64,000 nt of DNA, taken from the IMG/VR virus record IMGVR_UViG_3300038393_000804, positions 147,598-211,597 of that record; one strand, written 5' to 3'. The notes beneath the pieces are model-generated. The model was not told the DNA's origin. It did no database searches and saw nothing but the letters and a program-made list of their open reading frames with translations. Origin of the DNA: a virus (lineage: Duplodnaviria; Heunggongvirae; Uroviricota; Caudoviricetes). The position numbers and the translations under genes were made by a program. Positions 7,455-17,279 of the stretch are shown one piece after another (within the stretch, counting starts at the first letter, position 1; each line of letters begins with the position of its first letter).

Positions 7455-8120
7455 GAGATATGACGGTTTATTCTCCTTCCAAAAACTAACCCCGTCACCA
7501 GATAAAGAAGATGCCAAGAACTTTTAGTAATCCCATATATATCGGCTGGGATAGCACGGTGGGCCGAAGAATATCCGTGACGACATATCTGAAGTCTTCT
7601 TGTCTTACTTAGAGATTAGGATGCGTAGGTGCTAGCTGGGGGATGCACCAGCAGATAAATGAAGGAGCGTGACCTGACAGCCTATCCGAAATCTAAGTTA
7701 ATCTTATGTGAGCTGACGGTATGAGAATTCATACTGTGTTCTGACATAAGATATTAGGAATCTCTAGTAAGGGGAAGATAAGTAGGGAACTACTGGCTGC
7801 GGTCTAGGCGGCATTCTAGACTGTACCTAGCTTTAGCTTCGGCTAATGGAGGCTTAGTTGCCAGCCACGAAAAAATTCGTACTGCTAGATAAACCGAATT
7901 CATGTCATGCAAGGGACGCCCAAGCAATAGAAGAGCCAAGGGTCACGGCACTGTCCGCCCCTAAAATTCCCTATGAAAGTCAGTGGCTAGTAGACGAAGT
8001 ATATGTAAGACGTGTAATCCCACGGCGAGTGGTGGCGCATTCCCTCAGTAGTGAAGACCGAGTACGAGTATATACGTGAAATAACTGAGTGGCAGGTATT
8101 CAGTTGAGCTGAAGTCCCAT
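7455..8120 (+). ncRNA. Large ornate ncRNA candidate (GOLLD/ROOL-like context); boundaries approximate
   Basis: ~750-nt gap with no SD-led ORF, dense nested helices (e.g. 7701-7709/7744-7752, 7716-7724/7729-7737, 7794-7799/7862-7867, cUUCGg at 7837-7842); directly follows a tRNA-like gene. Confidence 0.65.
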
Positions 8121-8188
8121 TGTATTTGTTAAACAAAAGGAGGCAAAGATAGTGATAAATAAACACATCAAAAAGGGGAAAACATCTT

Positions 8189-8905
8189 ATGAATTACAAA
8201 GTATCTTACAACATGGCGGTGGAACTTCTTAGAGTATACATGGAGAAGATTTACCAGCTGGACAAATTTAAAGGAAACATTATCAAGCTCCAACAACTAT
8301 ATGAATTGAATGAAGAGCTTCGTAAGCTCATTGAACAATTAAAGGAAGATGGACATGATACTGATTTACTTATCAGAGAAATTAAAGAGAAACTAGAGCC
8401 TAAGTATAACTACCAACGGTTGGTTGTGAATGTGGACGGCGCGGCACGAGGGAACAACGATACCACCAGACCGAATGTAAGCGGCATATCCTACATTGTT
8501 CGTGGAGATAGTCAGCTATTACACAAGGGAGCGAAGTATCTCGGTTCATCCATTCAGTTGCCAAGACTCCAACATGAAGACCCAGAAAAACACATCGCAG
8601 AAGCAGAAGCTACAAACAATACAGCTGAATATGTTGCATTAATCGAAGCATTAGAATACCTATTGGCGAACGGTTTAAATGCAAAACACATTGATGTCTT
8701 TAGCGATTCAAGAATGGTTGTCACACAAGTCAACCGAATTTCTACTACAAAAGCGCCACACTTAATACGATTACGTGATTGTGCATTAGAATTACTAGAA
8801 GAGTTTGATAGTATTAATCTCATTCATGTACCACGAGAAGAGAATGCGGAAGCAGATGAACTGGTCAATGAATTATTAGATAGCATGGAGGCTCAAGCAG
8901 GATAA
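8189..8905 (+). CDS. rnhA: Ribonuclease HI with N-terminal helical extension
   Basis: VNVDGAARGN, ATNNTAEYVAL, VFSDSRMVV, HVPREENAEADEL. Confidence 0.88.
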   Translation: MNYKVSYNMAVELLRVYMEKIYQLDKFKGNIIKLQQLYELNEELRKLIEQLKEDGHDTDLLIREIKEKLEPKYNYQRLVVNVDGAARGNNDTTRPNVSGISYIVRGDSQLLHKGAKYLGSSIQLPRLQHEDPEKHIAEAEATNNTAEYVALIEALEYLLANGLNAKHIDVFSDSRMVVTQVNRISTTKAPHLIRLRDCALELLEEFDSINLIHVPREENAEADELVNELLDSMEAQAG

Positions 8906-8970
8906 ATTATTCTTGCAATTCTGTCTTATAAAGCTTATCGTTAATAAAAGAGACCAGGAGGGCTTCTGCC

Positions 8971-9360
8971 ATGACAAATTTAGTTCAACGTTTAAAGCCA
9001 TTTGTTACAAAGTTTAGTGCATCTTTGAATGCAAATTCTCATGGAGAAACCGTGACTGTCGGCGGTAAGGTTACAGCTATCCTGAACATGACAGATTTTG
9101 GTGAAGGTGTTTACCTCACATTAGACGATGGAATCGGAGAGACACAGGTTGTCTTGTCTCCAAAAGCATATGAATTATATGTGAAGAATAACGGCGAGTT
9201 AAACAAAGACGATGCTGTCATTGTTGAAGGCAAGGTAGGCCGTCTTGATACTTCTCATTCTTACGATGATAAGAAGGGTAAGAAGATAACCGTCAACAAA
9301 CATAAAACAGAAACAGTGAGAGTACTATCATACCAGATTGCTCTGCTGCCTGAAGCATAA
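8971..9360 (+). CDS. Stand-alone OB-fold nucleic-acid-binding protein resembling the DnaE C-terminal OB domain
   Basis: VTVGGKVTAI...YLTLDDGIGETQVVLSPKAYE...DDAVIVEGKV. Confidence 0.75.
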   Translation: MTNLVQRLKPFVTKFSASLNANSHGETVTVGGKVTAILNMTDFGEGVYLTLDDGIGETQVVLSPKAYELYVKNNGELNKDDAVIVEGKVGRLDTSHSYDDKKGKKITVNKHKTETVRVLSYQIALLPEA

Positions 9361-9376
9361 TTAATTTGAATGCACA

Positions 9377-9407
9377 GAGCTACTCTTCGGGGTGGCTCTT
9401 TTATTTT
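9377..9407 (+). terminator. Intrinsic terminator
   Basis: AGAGCTACTC-TTCG-GGGTGGCTCT + T tract. Confidence 0.75.
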
Positions 9408-9542
9408 TAGCTAGGACACCGATTAGAGGGATACGTGTAGAAAGTGGAGGGTAATTTCCACAAAAGTTTTTGGTGACATCACCCTATTTATGGGTGTATC
9501 ATATATGTCATAAACAATTTAATCAGGAAAGTTGGTGGTCAA

Positions 9543-12500
9543 GTGACGCACGATTTATCGTTTGCTGTTGATACTAAACAGGAAGTCACTAATATTCCGT
9601 ACAATGTTTTTAGTACGGTACGTTTTACGCATCTGCATCTTCATACTCCATGGAGTTTGTTGGATGGATTCTGTCGGATTGATGACTTAATCGAGCTTGC
9701 CAAAGAATACGGAATGGATTCAATAGGTATTTCGGACCATGGTGTTTGTCATGGGCATATTGAATTCTATACGAAGGCGAAGAAGGCTGGATTAAAACCT
9801 ATTCTGGGTAACGAGATTTATCTCACACCGCACAGGACATGGAAGAAAGAGGAGTACGACAAGCAGCCTGGATTCTGGTTTGACAAAAAGAATCAAACTG
9901 GCTGGCGTCCAAATATGGCTCATATGCTTCTGATTGCAAGAACAAATGAAGGCTATGAGAACTTACTGGAACTGACCAGTCGTGCCCAGCTGGAGGGCTT
10001 CTATCGTAAGCCTCGCGCAGACTATGAACTGATTAAAAGATATGGCAAAGGAATTATTGCCACAACTGCTTGTCTCGGCGGAGAAGTTCCTCAGTTGATT
10101 CAAAGAGGCAGGTATAAAGTAGCGAAGAACCTGATTCGCTTCTATCAGAAATGTTTTGATGAATTGTATCTTGAGATTCAACCGTCAGACATGCCTGAAC
10201 AAATATTGGTCAATGAGGTTCTGAGACAATGGTCAGTCGAGATGAACATCCCGCTTGTAGCCACTTCAGACGCCCATATGCTACGCAAAGAAGAGAAGCC
10301 TATTCACGCTGCCTTAACAACAATTGGACGCAGTGAGGACGCTTCAGACATCTCTGTGTATGAGCATTGTTACTTCATGAGTGCTCAAGAGATGCTCGAC
10401 TTTGGCATCCCACATGAAGCACTAGAGAATGCGTACCAGATTTCTCAGAAGTGTAATGTGGAATTAGAACTGGGCGACATTAAGTTCCCTAAGTTTGATG
10501 TTCCATCTGGACATACATTTGATACCTACATTGCACAGCTATGTAACGTAGCCTTATTTGAATTAGCAATGGACAGAGATATCAACATTGTTGAGTACCA
10601 GGAACGGATGAACTATGAGCTTGATATTATTGCCAAGAAAAACATTTCAGCTTATCTATTAATCGTTTGGGATTATATTAAGTATGCGAAAGACAATGGG
10701 ATATTAGTAGGCCCAGGCCGTGGTTCTGGTGCTGGTTCTCTTGTCTGTTACCTGCTTCATATTACAAACTTAGACCCCATCAAATATGATTTGCTGTTTG
10801 AGCGTTTCATTAATCCAGAGCGACCTGGCTTCCCAGATATTGATACGGACTTCGACTACCTCAGACGACATGAAGTTATTGATTATGTTACAGAGAAGTA
10901 CGGAGCCGACCAAGTAGCACAGATTGGTACGTTCACTACCTTATCCACAAAAGCAGCATTCAAAGATATTGGCCGCGGTCTAGGCATTGACCACAACATT
11001 ATCAATGACATGAATAAGCTAATCCCTGTTCATCAAGGAAAGGTTATGTCCATTGAAGATGCGATGGAAGAAGTCGCGGACTTACAGCCGTATATCAGTC
11101 AGTATCCTGAACTGTTTGAGTTAGCCTCTAAGGTAGAGAAGCTTCCGCGTTCTGCATCTATCCATGCTTGTGGTATGTTAATCACGCCTGACCCAGTATC
11201 AAAGGCAGCTCCATTAATGCGTGGTAAGAACGGTGAGCGTGTTACCCAGTATGAAGGGCCAACGTTAGAGTCAATCGGATACATTAAGTTTGACTTCTTA
11301 GGTTTAAAGAACTTATCGGTTGTTGATATTGCCAGACGCCTTGTAAAGGAACGTCACGGCGTTGACATTGACCCAGATAGCTTAGAGCCTACAGACCCGA
11401 AAGTATTCCAGACCATTAAAGACGGATGGACTGACGGCGTGTTCCAGTTTGAGTCAGATGGTATGAAGAAGATGTTCAGAGGAATGAACAAGGTAGACTT
11501 CAACACACTGGTAGCTGGAAACGCATTGTATCGTCCAGGCCCGATGGATTATATTCCGCAATACCAGCGTCGTGCGAATGGTCAAGAAGACATTCCAGCT
11601 TTACATCCAGAGTATGATGCCATTACCAAAGAGACTTTCGGTATCATGATTTACCAAGAGCAGGTTATGATAGTGTCCCAACGGATGGCTGGATACTCGA
11701 AAGGCGAAGCGGACGTACTACGTAAAGCCGTAGGTAAGAAGAAGAAGGAAATCTTAGAGCCAGCTTTAGAGGAGCTGGAAGCAAAGATGATTGAACACGG
11801 CACACCACAGCACGTTGCCAAGCGTATATGTGATGACATCCGTCCGTTCGCAGGCTACGCGTTTAATAAGTCCCACGCGGCTTGTTATAGCTTCATTGCG
11901 TATCAGACTGCCTTCTTCAAGACGTACTATCCAATAGAGTTCATGACAGCTCTATTAACCATTGGTGCAGACAAGGAAGAAAAGGTTATTAACTACATCA
12001 ATGAATGTAAGCGAATGGGAATCAATATCCTGCCGCCTGACATTAATACATCAGGTGTAGGTTTTACCGTTGAAGGTAATGATATACGTTTCGGTTTAGC
12101 AGCTATCAAAGGACTAGGCGAAGCAGTAATATCTAATATTATGGAAGCAAGACCATATACAAGTCTGCAGAACCTGGTTGAAACACTTCCGAAAAAGCAG
12201 CTTAACAAACGGAGCATTCAAGTCCTAGCAAGGTCTGGTGCGCTGGACGAGCTGGGCAAGGATGCATTGAACCGTATGGACATCCTGCAGCAATTGTACA
12301 TGATTCGTGGAGATAAGGATGACTTGTCTGACGAAATCAATGGATTCACTGATAAGGTTAGACTGGAAGCAGAGAAGGAATTACTGGGGCTTTATGTCTC
12401 TGGTAATCCTCTCTCCGATGTTTCTCAGCCAGTGAATTGGGATTACCTGGGCGACTACGAGAACGTCAACACGGGCGGCATCTTGACTTCATTCAAAGTG

Positions 12501-12740
12501 ATGCCGACTAAGAAAGGTGACACAATGGCATTTATTAATGTCGATACATTAGAAGGCAATAAGCGCATGGTCTTATTCCCTGATGTATATGCTACGGTTG
12601 CAGACCAGCTGAAGAAAGACCTTGTGGTCAAGCTGACTTGCTACACGAAGTATAACCCACAATATGATGAAAGAAGTATCATCGTCAAGAAGATAACTAT
12701 TCCCAAACGGGTTAACAAACATCTTCTTACACCTCAGTAA
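9543..12740 (+). CDS. dnaE: DNA polymerase III alpha subunit (DnaE type, C family)
   Basis: PHP HLHLHT/SDHG/TSDAH, GPGRGSGAGS, FERFINPER, PDIDTDF, KFDFLGL, FNKSHAACY, C-terminal OB; 1065 aa. Confidence 0.97.
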   Translation: MTHDLSFAVDTKQEVTNIPYNVFSTVRFTHLHLHTPWSLLDGFCRIDDLIELAKEYGMDSIGISDHGVCHGHIEFYTKAKKAGLKPILGNEIYLTPHRTWKKEEYDKQPGFWFDKKNQTGWRPNMAHMLLIARTNEGYENLLELTSRAQLEGFYRKPRADYELIKRYGKGIIATTACLGGEVPQLIQRGRYKVAKNLIRFYQKCFDELYLEIQPSDMPEQILVNEVLRQWSVEMNIPLVATSDAHMLRKEEKPIHAALTTIGRSEDASDISVYEHCYFMSAQEMLDFGIPHEALENAYQISQKCNVELELGDIKFPKFDVPSGHTFDTYIAQLCNVALFELAMDRDINIVEYQERMNYELDIIAKKNISAYLLIVWDYIKYAKDNGILVGPGRGSGAGSLVCYLLHITNLDPIKYDLLFERFINPERPGFPDIDTDFDYLRRHEVIDYVTEKYGADQVAQIGTFTTLSTKAAFKDIGRGLGIDHNIINDMNKLIPVHQGKVMSIEDAMEEVADLQPYISQYPELFELASKVEKLPRSASIHACGMLITPDPVSKAAPLMRGKNGERVTQYEGPTLESIGYIKFDFLGLKNLSVVDIARRLVKERHGVDIDPDSLEPTDPKVFQTIKDGWTDGVFQFESDGMKKMFRGMNKVDFNTLVAGNALYRPGPMDYIPQYQRRANGQEDIPALHPEYDAITKETFGIMIYQEQVMIVSQRMAGYSKGEADVLRKAVGKKKKEILEPALEELEAKMIEHGTPQHVAKRICDDIRPFAGYAFNKSHAACYSFIAYQTAFFKTYYPIEFMTALLTIGADKEEKVINYINECKRMGINILPPDINTSGVGFTVEGNDIRFGLAAIKGLGEAVISNIMEARPYTSLQNLVETLPKKQLNKRSIQVLARSGALDELGKDALNRMDILQQLYMIRGDKDDLSDEINGFTDKVRLEAEKELLGLYVSGNPLSDVSQPVNWDYLGDYENVNTGGILTSFKVMPTKKGDTMAFINVDTLEGNKRMVLFPDVYATVADQLKKDLVVKLTCYTKYNPQYDERSIIVKKITIPKRVNKHLLTPQ

Positions 12741-12965
12741 GAGAAAATTTTGTTGAGAAAATTCAAGCGGTAATCGTTGACAAAAAAGTTCTCAGGGACT
12801 GTATTGACGATACTTTTTGAATAGGTTTAGATTATTCTTAGACACCATATGTGGAGGAAGTAGTTACCTTAGCAACACTATGTAGTAGCCCTTGTTAAAA
12901 ATAGAGGGGTGAGCAGAGCGATTTGCTTGCTCCTTTTTATCTGCTTAATCATGGGAGTGGAAGAG

Positions 12966-13364
12966 ATGCTGGTTGTGTTTGACAGTAAGACGGGAAACGT
13001 TCGTCGCTTTATAGAAGCGTTAGATGTTGAATCGAAACAAATCACTGATAGTTTAATAGTTGATGAGCCGTATGTGCTTATTACATATACGACAGGGTTT
13101 GGTATGGTTCCGCCATCTACGGCTAAATTCCTTGAGTCAAATCACATCTATTTACAGGGCGTCGCTGCTAGTGGCAATCGCAACTGGGGTGACTCGTTTG
13201 CTAGAAGCGCTGATAAAATATCAAGTATGTATGGAGTACCAATCATCCATAAGTTTGAGATGAGCGGGCTGCCAAAAGATGTGATGACATTCAAGGAAAG
13301 GGTGCAGAATATTCGCTATGAGACACATAGAATTAAACAACGAGGTGACACAGCTGAACGATAA
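12966..13364 (+). CDS. nrdI: Flavodoxin NrdI
   Basis: DSKTGNVRRF, TYTTGFG, GVAASGNRNWGDSFA, KFEMSG; start at MLVVF. Confidence 0.95.
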   Translation: MLVVFDSKTGNVRRFIEALDVESKQITDSLIVDEPYVLITYTTGFGMVPPSTAKFLESNHIYLQGVAASGNRNWGDSFARSADKISSMYGVPIIHKFEMSGLPKDVMTFKERVQNIRYETHRIKQRGDTAER

Positions 13365-15411
13365 TGGCTTCTTCAAATTGGAGAAGGATAAAGAGGCGGT
13401 TAAAGAATTTATTAAATCTGAAATCGACCCTAAACTTATTCGTTTCGACAGTGTTGCAGACAGATTTGCTTATATGGTTAAAGAGGATTTTTACTACAAG
13501 GAAGTTTTAGAACAGTATAGCGTTGAACAACTGGAAGAGATTACAGCACTTATTCAATCTTATCATTTTGAGTTCCAGTCTTACATGGCTATCTCTAAGT
13601 TCTACAAAGACTATGCCTTGAAGACAAATGATAAGAAGTTCTACCTAGAGAAGTATGAAGACCGTATTGTTATCGTGGCTTTATTCCTAGGTAAAGGAGA
13701 CTTTGATAAAGCTAAGCGTACTGCTATTGCAATGATTGAACAGCGATACCAGCCAGCTACGCCGACGTTCCTTAATGCTGGAAAGTCCAGAAGAGGAGAG
13801 ATGGTATCATGCTTCCTATTAGAAATGGATGATACATTAAACTCCATCAACTTCGTGTTGAATGTTTGTGGTCAGCTTTCTAAGATTGGTGGCGGTGTTG
13901 CCGTTAACTTATCTAAGCTACGTGGACGCAATGAAGTAATCAAAGGAATCGAGAACGCTGCATCAGGTGTTGTTCCTGTAATGAAGTTAATGGAAGACAC
14001 ATTCTCTTATGTGAACCAGTTAGGCCAACGTGCAGGCGCAGGTGCTGCCTACTTAAATATTTTCCATTGGGATGTTATTGAATTCTTGGATACAAAGAAA
14101 ATCAATGCTGATGAGAAATCACGTATTCAGAAGTTATCTATCGGCTTAATCGTGGAGAATAAATTCTTTGAGCTTGCTGAGCGCAATGAAGACCTTTATG
14201 TATTCGCTCCTTACAGTGTGTACAAAGAGTACGGTATCCACTTAGACGATATGAGAATGGACGACATGTACGAAGAGCTTGTTGCCAATCCAAACGTTAA
14301 GAAGCGTGTGGTAATGTCTGCCCGCGACATGTTAACAAAGATTGCACAGATTCAGCTTGAGTCAGGTTATCCGTACTTCATGAACAAGTCCAATGCGAAT
14401 GACCAACACGCCCTTAAAAATATTGGTCAAGTAAAAATGTCTAATCTTTGCACAGAAATTTTCCAGCTTCAGGAAACTTCTGAAATCAATGATTACGGTA
14501 TTGAAGACTTAATCAAGCGTGACATTAACTGTAACCTTGGCTCATTAAACATTCCGAATGTAATGAAACCAGGCCGTGTATTCCAAGACTCATGTCATGT
14601 TGGTATTGAAGCATTGACGGATGTATCTGACATGTCTGACGTAAAGAATGCACCAACAGTTAAGAAAGCAAACGAAGAATTGCATGCAGTTGGATTAGGT
14701 GCCATGAACTTACATGGTTATCTTGCTGCTAATAAGATACCATTCGAATCAGAAGAAGCGAAAGACTTTGTCCGCACATTCTTCATGATGATGAACTATT
14801 ACACCATTGAGAAGTCTATGTTGATTGCGAAAGACCGCAAGGAAACATTCAAAGATTTCGACAAATCTGATTACGCAAATGGTTCTTACTTCTTTAAATA
14901 CTTCGTGGTTGACTTCTCTCCTAAGACAGAGAAAGTGAAGAAGTTGTTTGAAGGAATTGAGATTCCAACTCCATTAATGTGGAAGGGACTAGCGCAGGCT
15001 GTTAGACGTTATGGCATGTACAATGCTTACCGTTTGGCTGTTGCTCCTACGCAAAGTATTGGATATGTTCAGAATGCTACGGCTTCTGTAATGCCAGTGG
15101 TAAGTCAAATCGAGTCACGTACTTATGCGAACTCTACAACTTACTACCCAATGCCATTCATGGATGAATCAAACTTCTGGTTCTACAAGTCAGCTTATGA
15201 TATGGACCAATTCAAGGTATTGGATTTGATTGCCGCGGCTCAGGAACACGTTGACCAAGGTATCTCCACTATCCTGTATGTAAATTCAGACATCTCTACA
15301 AGAGAGCTTTCACGTTACTATGTTTACGCTGCAAAGATTGGTCTGAAGTCACTGTACTATACACGTACACGTAATCTTGCTATTGATGAATGCATCGCAT
15401 GTGCGGTCTAG
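13318..15411 (+). CDS. nrdE: Class Ib ribonucleotide reductase alpha subunit
   Basis: QPATPTFLNAG, SCF, SNLCTEI, CNLGSLN, APTQSI, KSLYYTR, C-terminal CIACAV; uninterrupted. Confidence 0.97.
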   Translation: MRHIELNNEVTQLNDNGFFKLEKDKEAVKEFIKSEIDPKLIRFDSVADRFAYMVKEDFYYKEVLEQYSVEQLEEITALIQSYHFEFQSYMAISKFYKDYALKTNDKKFYLEKYEDRIVIVALFLGKGDFDKAKRTAIAMIEQRYQPATPTFLNAGKSRRGEMVSCFLLEMDDTLNSINFVLNVCGQLSKIGGGVAVNLSKLRGRNEVIKGIENAASGVVPVMKLMEDTFSYVNQLGQRAGAGAAYLNIFHWDVIEFLDTKKINADEKSRIQKLSIGLIVENKFFELAERNEDLYVFAPYSVYKEYGIHLDDMRMDDMYEELVANPNVKKRVVMSARDMLTKIAQIQLESGYPYFMNKSNANDQHALKNIGQVKMSNLCTEIFQLQETSEINDYGIEDLIKRDINCNLGSLNIPNVMKPGRVFQDSCHVGIEALTDVSDMSDVKNAPTVKKANEELHAVGLGAMNLHGYLAANKIPFESEEAKDFVRTFFMMMNYYTIEKSMLIAKDRKETFKDFDKSDYANGSYFFKYFVVDFSPKTEKVKKLFEGIEIPTPLMWKGLAQAVRRYGMYNAYRLAVAPTQSIGYVQNATASVMPVVSQIESRTYANSTTYYPMPFMDESNFWFYKSAYDMDQFKVLDLIAAAQEHVDQGISTILYVNSDISTRELSRYYVYAAKIGLKSLYYTRTRNLAIDECIACAV

Positions 15412-15419
15412 ATTAGATA

Positions 15420-15441
15420 TGGGGGCTTCGGCCCTCTTTAC
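15420..15441 (+). terminator. Hairpin/terminator between nrdE and nrdF
   Basis: GGGGGC-TTCG-GCCCTC + TTTT. Confidence 0.6.
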
Positions 15442-15470
15442 TTGCTAATATACTGGGGGAAAAAGAGAAT

Positions 15471-16520
15471 ATGGCTAAAGCAGCGGTTAACTGGAATCGT
15501 CATGAGGACGATTATACACAAATGTTTTATACGCAGAATACAAAGCAGTTCTGGTTACCAGAGGAAATCTCTGTAACAGCAGACAAAGGCGTATGGGAAA
15601 CAATGACGCCTGCCGAAAAAGATGTTTATAAGAAAGCATTAGGCGGCTTAACAATGCTGGATACAGAACAAGGCGGCGAGGGGATGCCGTTAATCATGAT
15701 GCACGTTGAAGGATTACAGCGTAAAGGTGTATTATCTTTCATGGGTATGATGGAACAGATTCATGCAAAATCTTATTCTACTATCTTTACAACTCTAGCA
15801 ACTGACGAAGAGATTGATGAAGTATTTGATTGGATTCAGTCGCATGAAAACCTTCAATACAAAGGACAGACTATCTCTGATTATTATATGAGATTATTCC
15901 AGCCGCAAGTTAGCAAGTATGACTTGTACATGGCAATGGTTGCTTCTGTTTACCTTGAAACGTTCTTGTTCTATTCTGGATTCTTCTATCCATTGTTCTT
16001 AGCTGGACAAGGAAAGTTAACAGCATCAGGCGAGATTATTAATCTAATAATTCGTGACGAGTCAATTCACGGGGTTTTTGTGGGTTTACTAGCTCAAGAG
16101 ACTTTTGCTCAGTTAACAGCAGAAGAACAAGCCCGCGCTACTGTTGAACGTGAACAGCTGCTTATTAATCTGTACGACAATGAATTGCTCTTTACTAATG
16201 ATGTCTACGCTCAGGTTGGTCTTACTGAAGAAGTAAACAAGTTTATCCGTTATAATGCGAACAAAGCTTGCATGAATCTCGGAATTCCTGTTCATTTCGA
16301 TGATGAGCCTATTAATCCTATCGTTGAGAATGGATTAAAAACTGACACGAAGAATCATGATTTCTTCAGCGTTAAGGGCAATGGCTATGTAAAGGCAACG
16401 AATGTGGAAGACTTAACAGATGATGACTTTGTTTTCCCTAATGCATATCAGCCTGTTAAGGTAGACAAGAGTGCAGTTGAAGATTTTATGGATGCATTTA
16501 TTGAAGTAAAGAGCTGGTAA
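15471..16520 (+). CDS. nrdF: Class Ib ribonucleotide reductase beta subunit
   Basis: NWN, FWLPEE, LDTEQ, EQIHAKSYS, ETFLFYSGF, IRDESIHG, HDFFSVKGNGY. Confidence 0.97.
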   Translation: MAKAAVNWNRHEDDYTQMFYTQNTKQFWLPEEISVTADKGVWETMTPAEKDVYKKALGGLTMLDTEQGGEGMPLIMMHVEGLQRKGVLSFMGMMEQIHAKSYSTIFTTLATDEEIDEVFDWIQSHENLQYKGQTISDYYMRLFQPQVSKYDLYMAMVASVYLETFLFYSGFFYPLFLAGQGKLTASGEIINLIIRDESIHGVFVGLLAQETFAQLTAEEQARATVEREQLLINLYDNELLFTNDVYAQVGLTEEVNKFIRYNANKACMNLGIPVHFDDEPINPIVENGLKTDTKNHDFFSVKGNGYVKATNVEDLTDDDFVFPNAYQPVKVDKSAVEDFMDAFIEVKSW

Positions 16521-16544
16521 TACAATTGAATGGAGTTGGTTGGG

Positions 16545-16751
16545 ATGAATCCGCAATATGAAAATAACTTTAACTATCATGCGCCGAAAGAAGGGCAGCC
16601 TGAGAAGTACGAAACGATTCGTGCGACTCTTAAGGCAGCAGCTTATAAAATTGATGAGCTTTGTCCTAATTCGCGTGAGAAGTCGCTTGCCATTACAAAA
16701 CTTGAAGAAGCAATGTTCTGGGCTAATGCGGCTATCGCAAGGGAGGAATAA
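16545..16751 (+). CDS. Acb2/Tad1-type helical hairpin protein (candidate immune-signal sponge)
   Basis: NNFNYHAP...CPNSREKSLAITKLEEAMFWANAAIAR resembles the SRENACALTHVEEALMW hairpin of Tad1 as recalled; not aligned computationally. Confidence 0.6.
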   Translation: MNPQYENNFNYHAPKEGQPEKYETIRATLKAAAYKIDELCPNSREKSLAITKLEEAMFWANAAIAREE

Positions 16752-16753
16752 AC

Positions 16754-17014
16754 GTGAAGTTGGTAAAGATTCAAAAACCAAACTGCCCAGCATGTAATCA
16801 AGTAGAAGCATTTCTACAAGATACTGGTGTAGAGTATGACAAGTGGGACATCATGGGTTCAGATGAAAACTCTGATAAAGCTCGTGAAATCCTAGGTGAA
16901 TTAGGACTATTCACTGTTCCTGTAACAGTTGTCCTTGAAGATGGTAAATTGGTTAAGCATTCACGCGGCTTCAACGGCGGCGAGTTGCAAGAGCTAGTTG
17001 ATATGGTAAAATAA
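16754..17014 (+). CDS. nrdH: Glutaredoxin-like NrdH redoxin
   Basis: CPAC active site, TVPV cis-Pro motif, GFN; follows nrdIEF. Confidence 0.88.
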   Translation: MKLVKIQKPNCPACNQVEAFLQDTGVEYDKWDIMGSDENSDKAREILGELGLFTVPVTVVLEDGKLVKHSRGFNGGELQELVDMVK

Positions 17015-17015
17015 G

Positions 17016-17043
17016 GAGAGGCCTTCGGGCTTCTCTTTTTTAT
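17016..17043 (+). terminator. Intrinsic terminator
   Basis: GAGAGGCC-TTCG-GGCTTCTC + T tract. Confidence 0.75.
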
Positions 17044-17058
17044 TTAGGAGGTGTAGTC

Positions 17059-17262
17059 ATGACTGTTGTGGGTAAGGAAAAGAATCACAACTACAACACA
17101 AAGAAACATATTAAGCGATTAATTATAGACAATATGGAGAATGAGTCCATTAAGAATCATGTCCTAGATTACATTGAGAACTTAGTTAATTCCCATAATG
17201 ATTTAGTGATTGCTTACAAGAACAAATGTAAAGAATTAAATAAGCTAAAAAGAAAGTACTAA
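17059..17262 (+). CDS. Hypothetical protein
   Basis: SD AGGAGGTG, 67 aa. Confidence 0.65.
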   Translation: MTVVGKEKNHNYNTKKHIKRLIIDNMENESIKNHVLDYIENLVNSHNDLVIAYKNKCKELNKLKRKY

Positions 17263-17279
17263 CATTAGGAGTGGTTGGA

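Noticed and set aside
7858-8079. 73-aa ORF in the track
   Set aside because: No SD, atypical composition, and it lies inside the densely base-paired ncRNA candidate.
7600-8120. RNase P RNA or group I intron
   Set aside because: CAGATAAATG resembles an RNase P segment, but GAGGAAAGTCC and the P4 partner are absent; no group I P7 (R/S) elements and no interrupted host gene.
8971-12740. Split DnaE polymerase
   Set aside because: The large ORF already contains PHP, palm, fingers, HhH and OB domains, so the upstream OB ORF is an extra copy.
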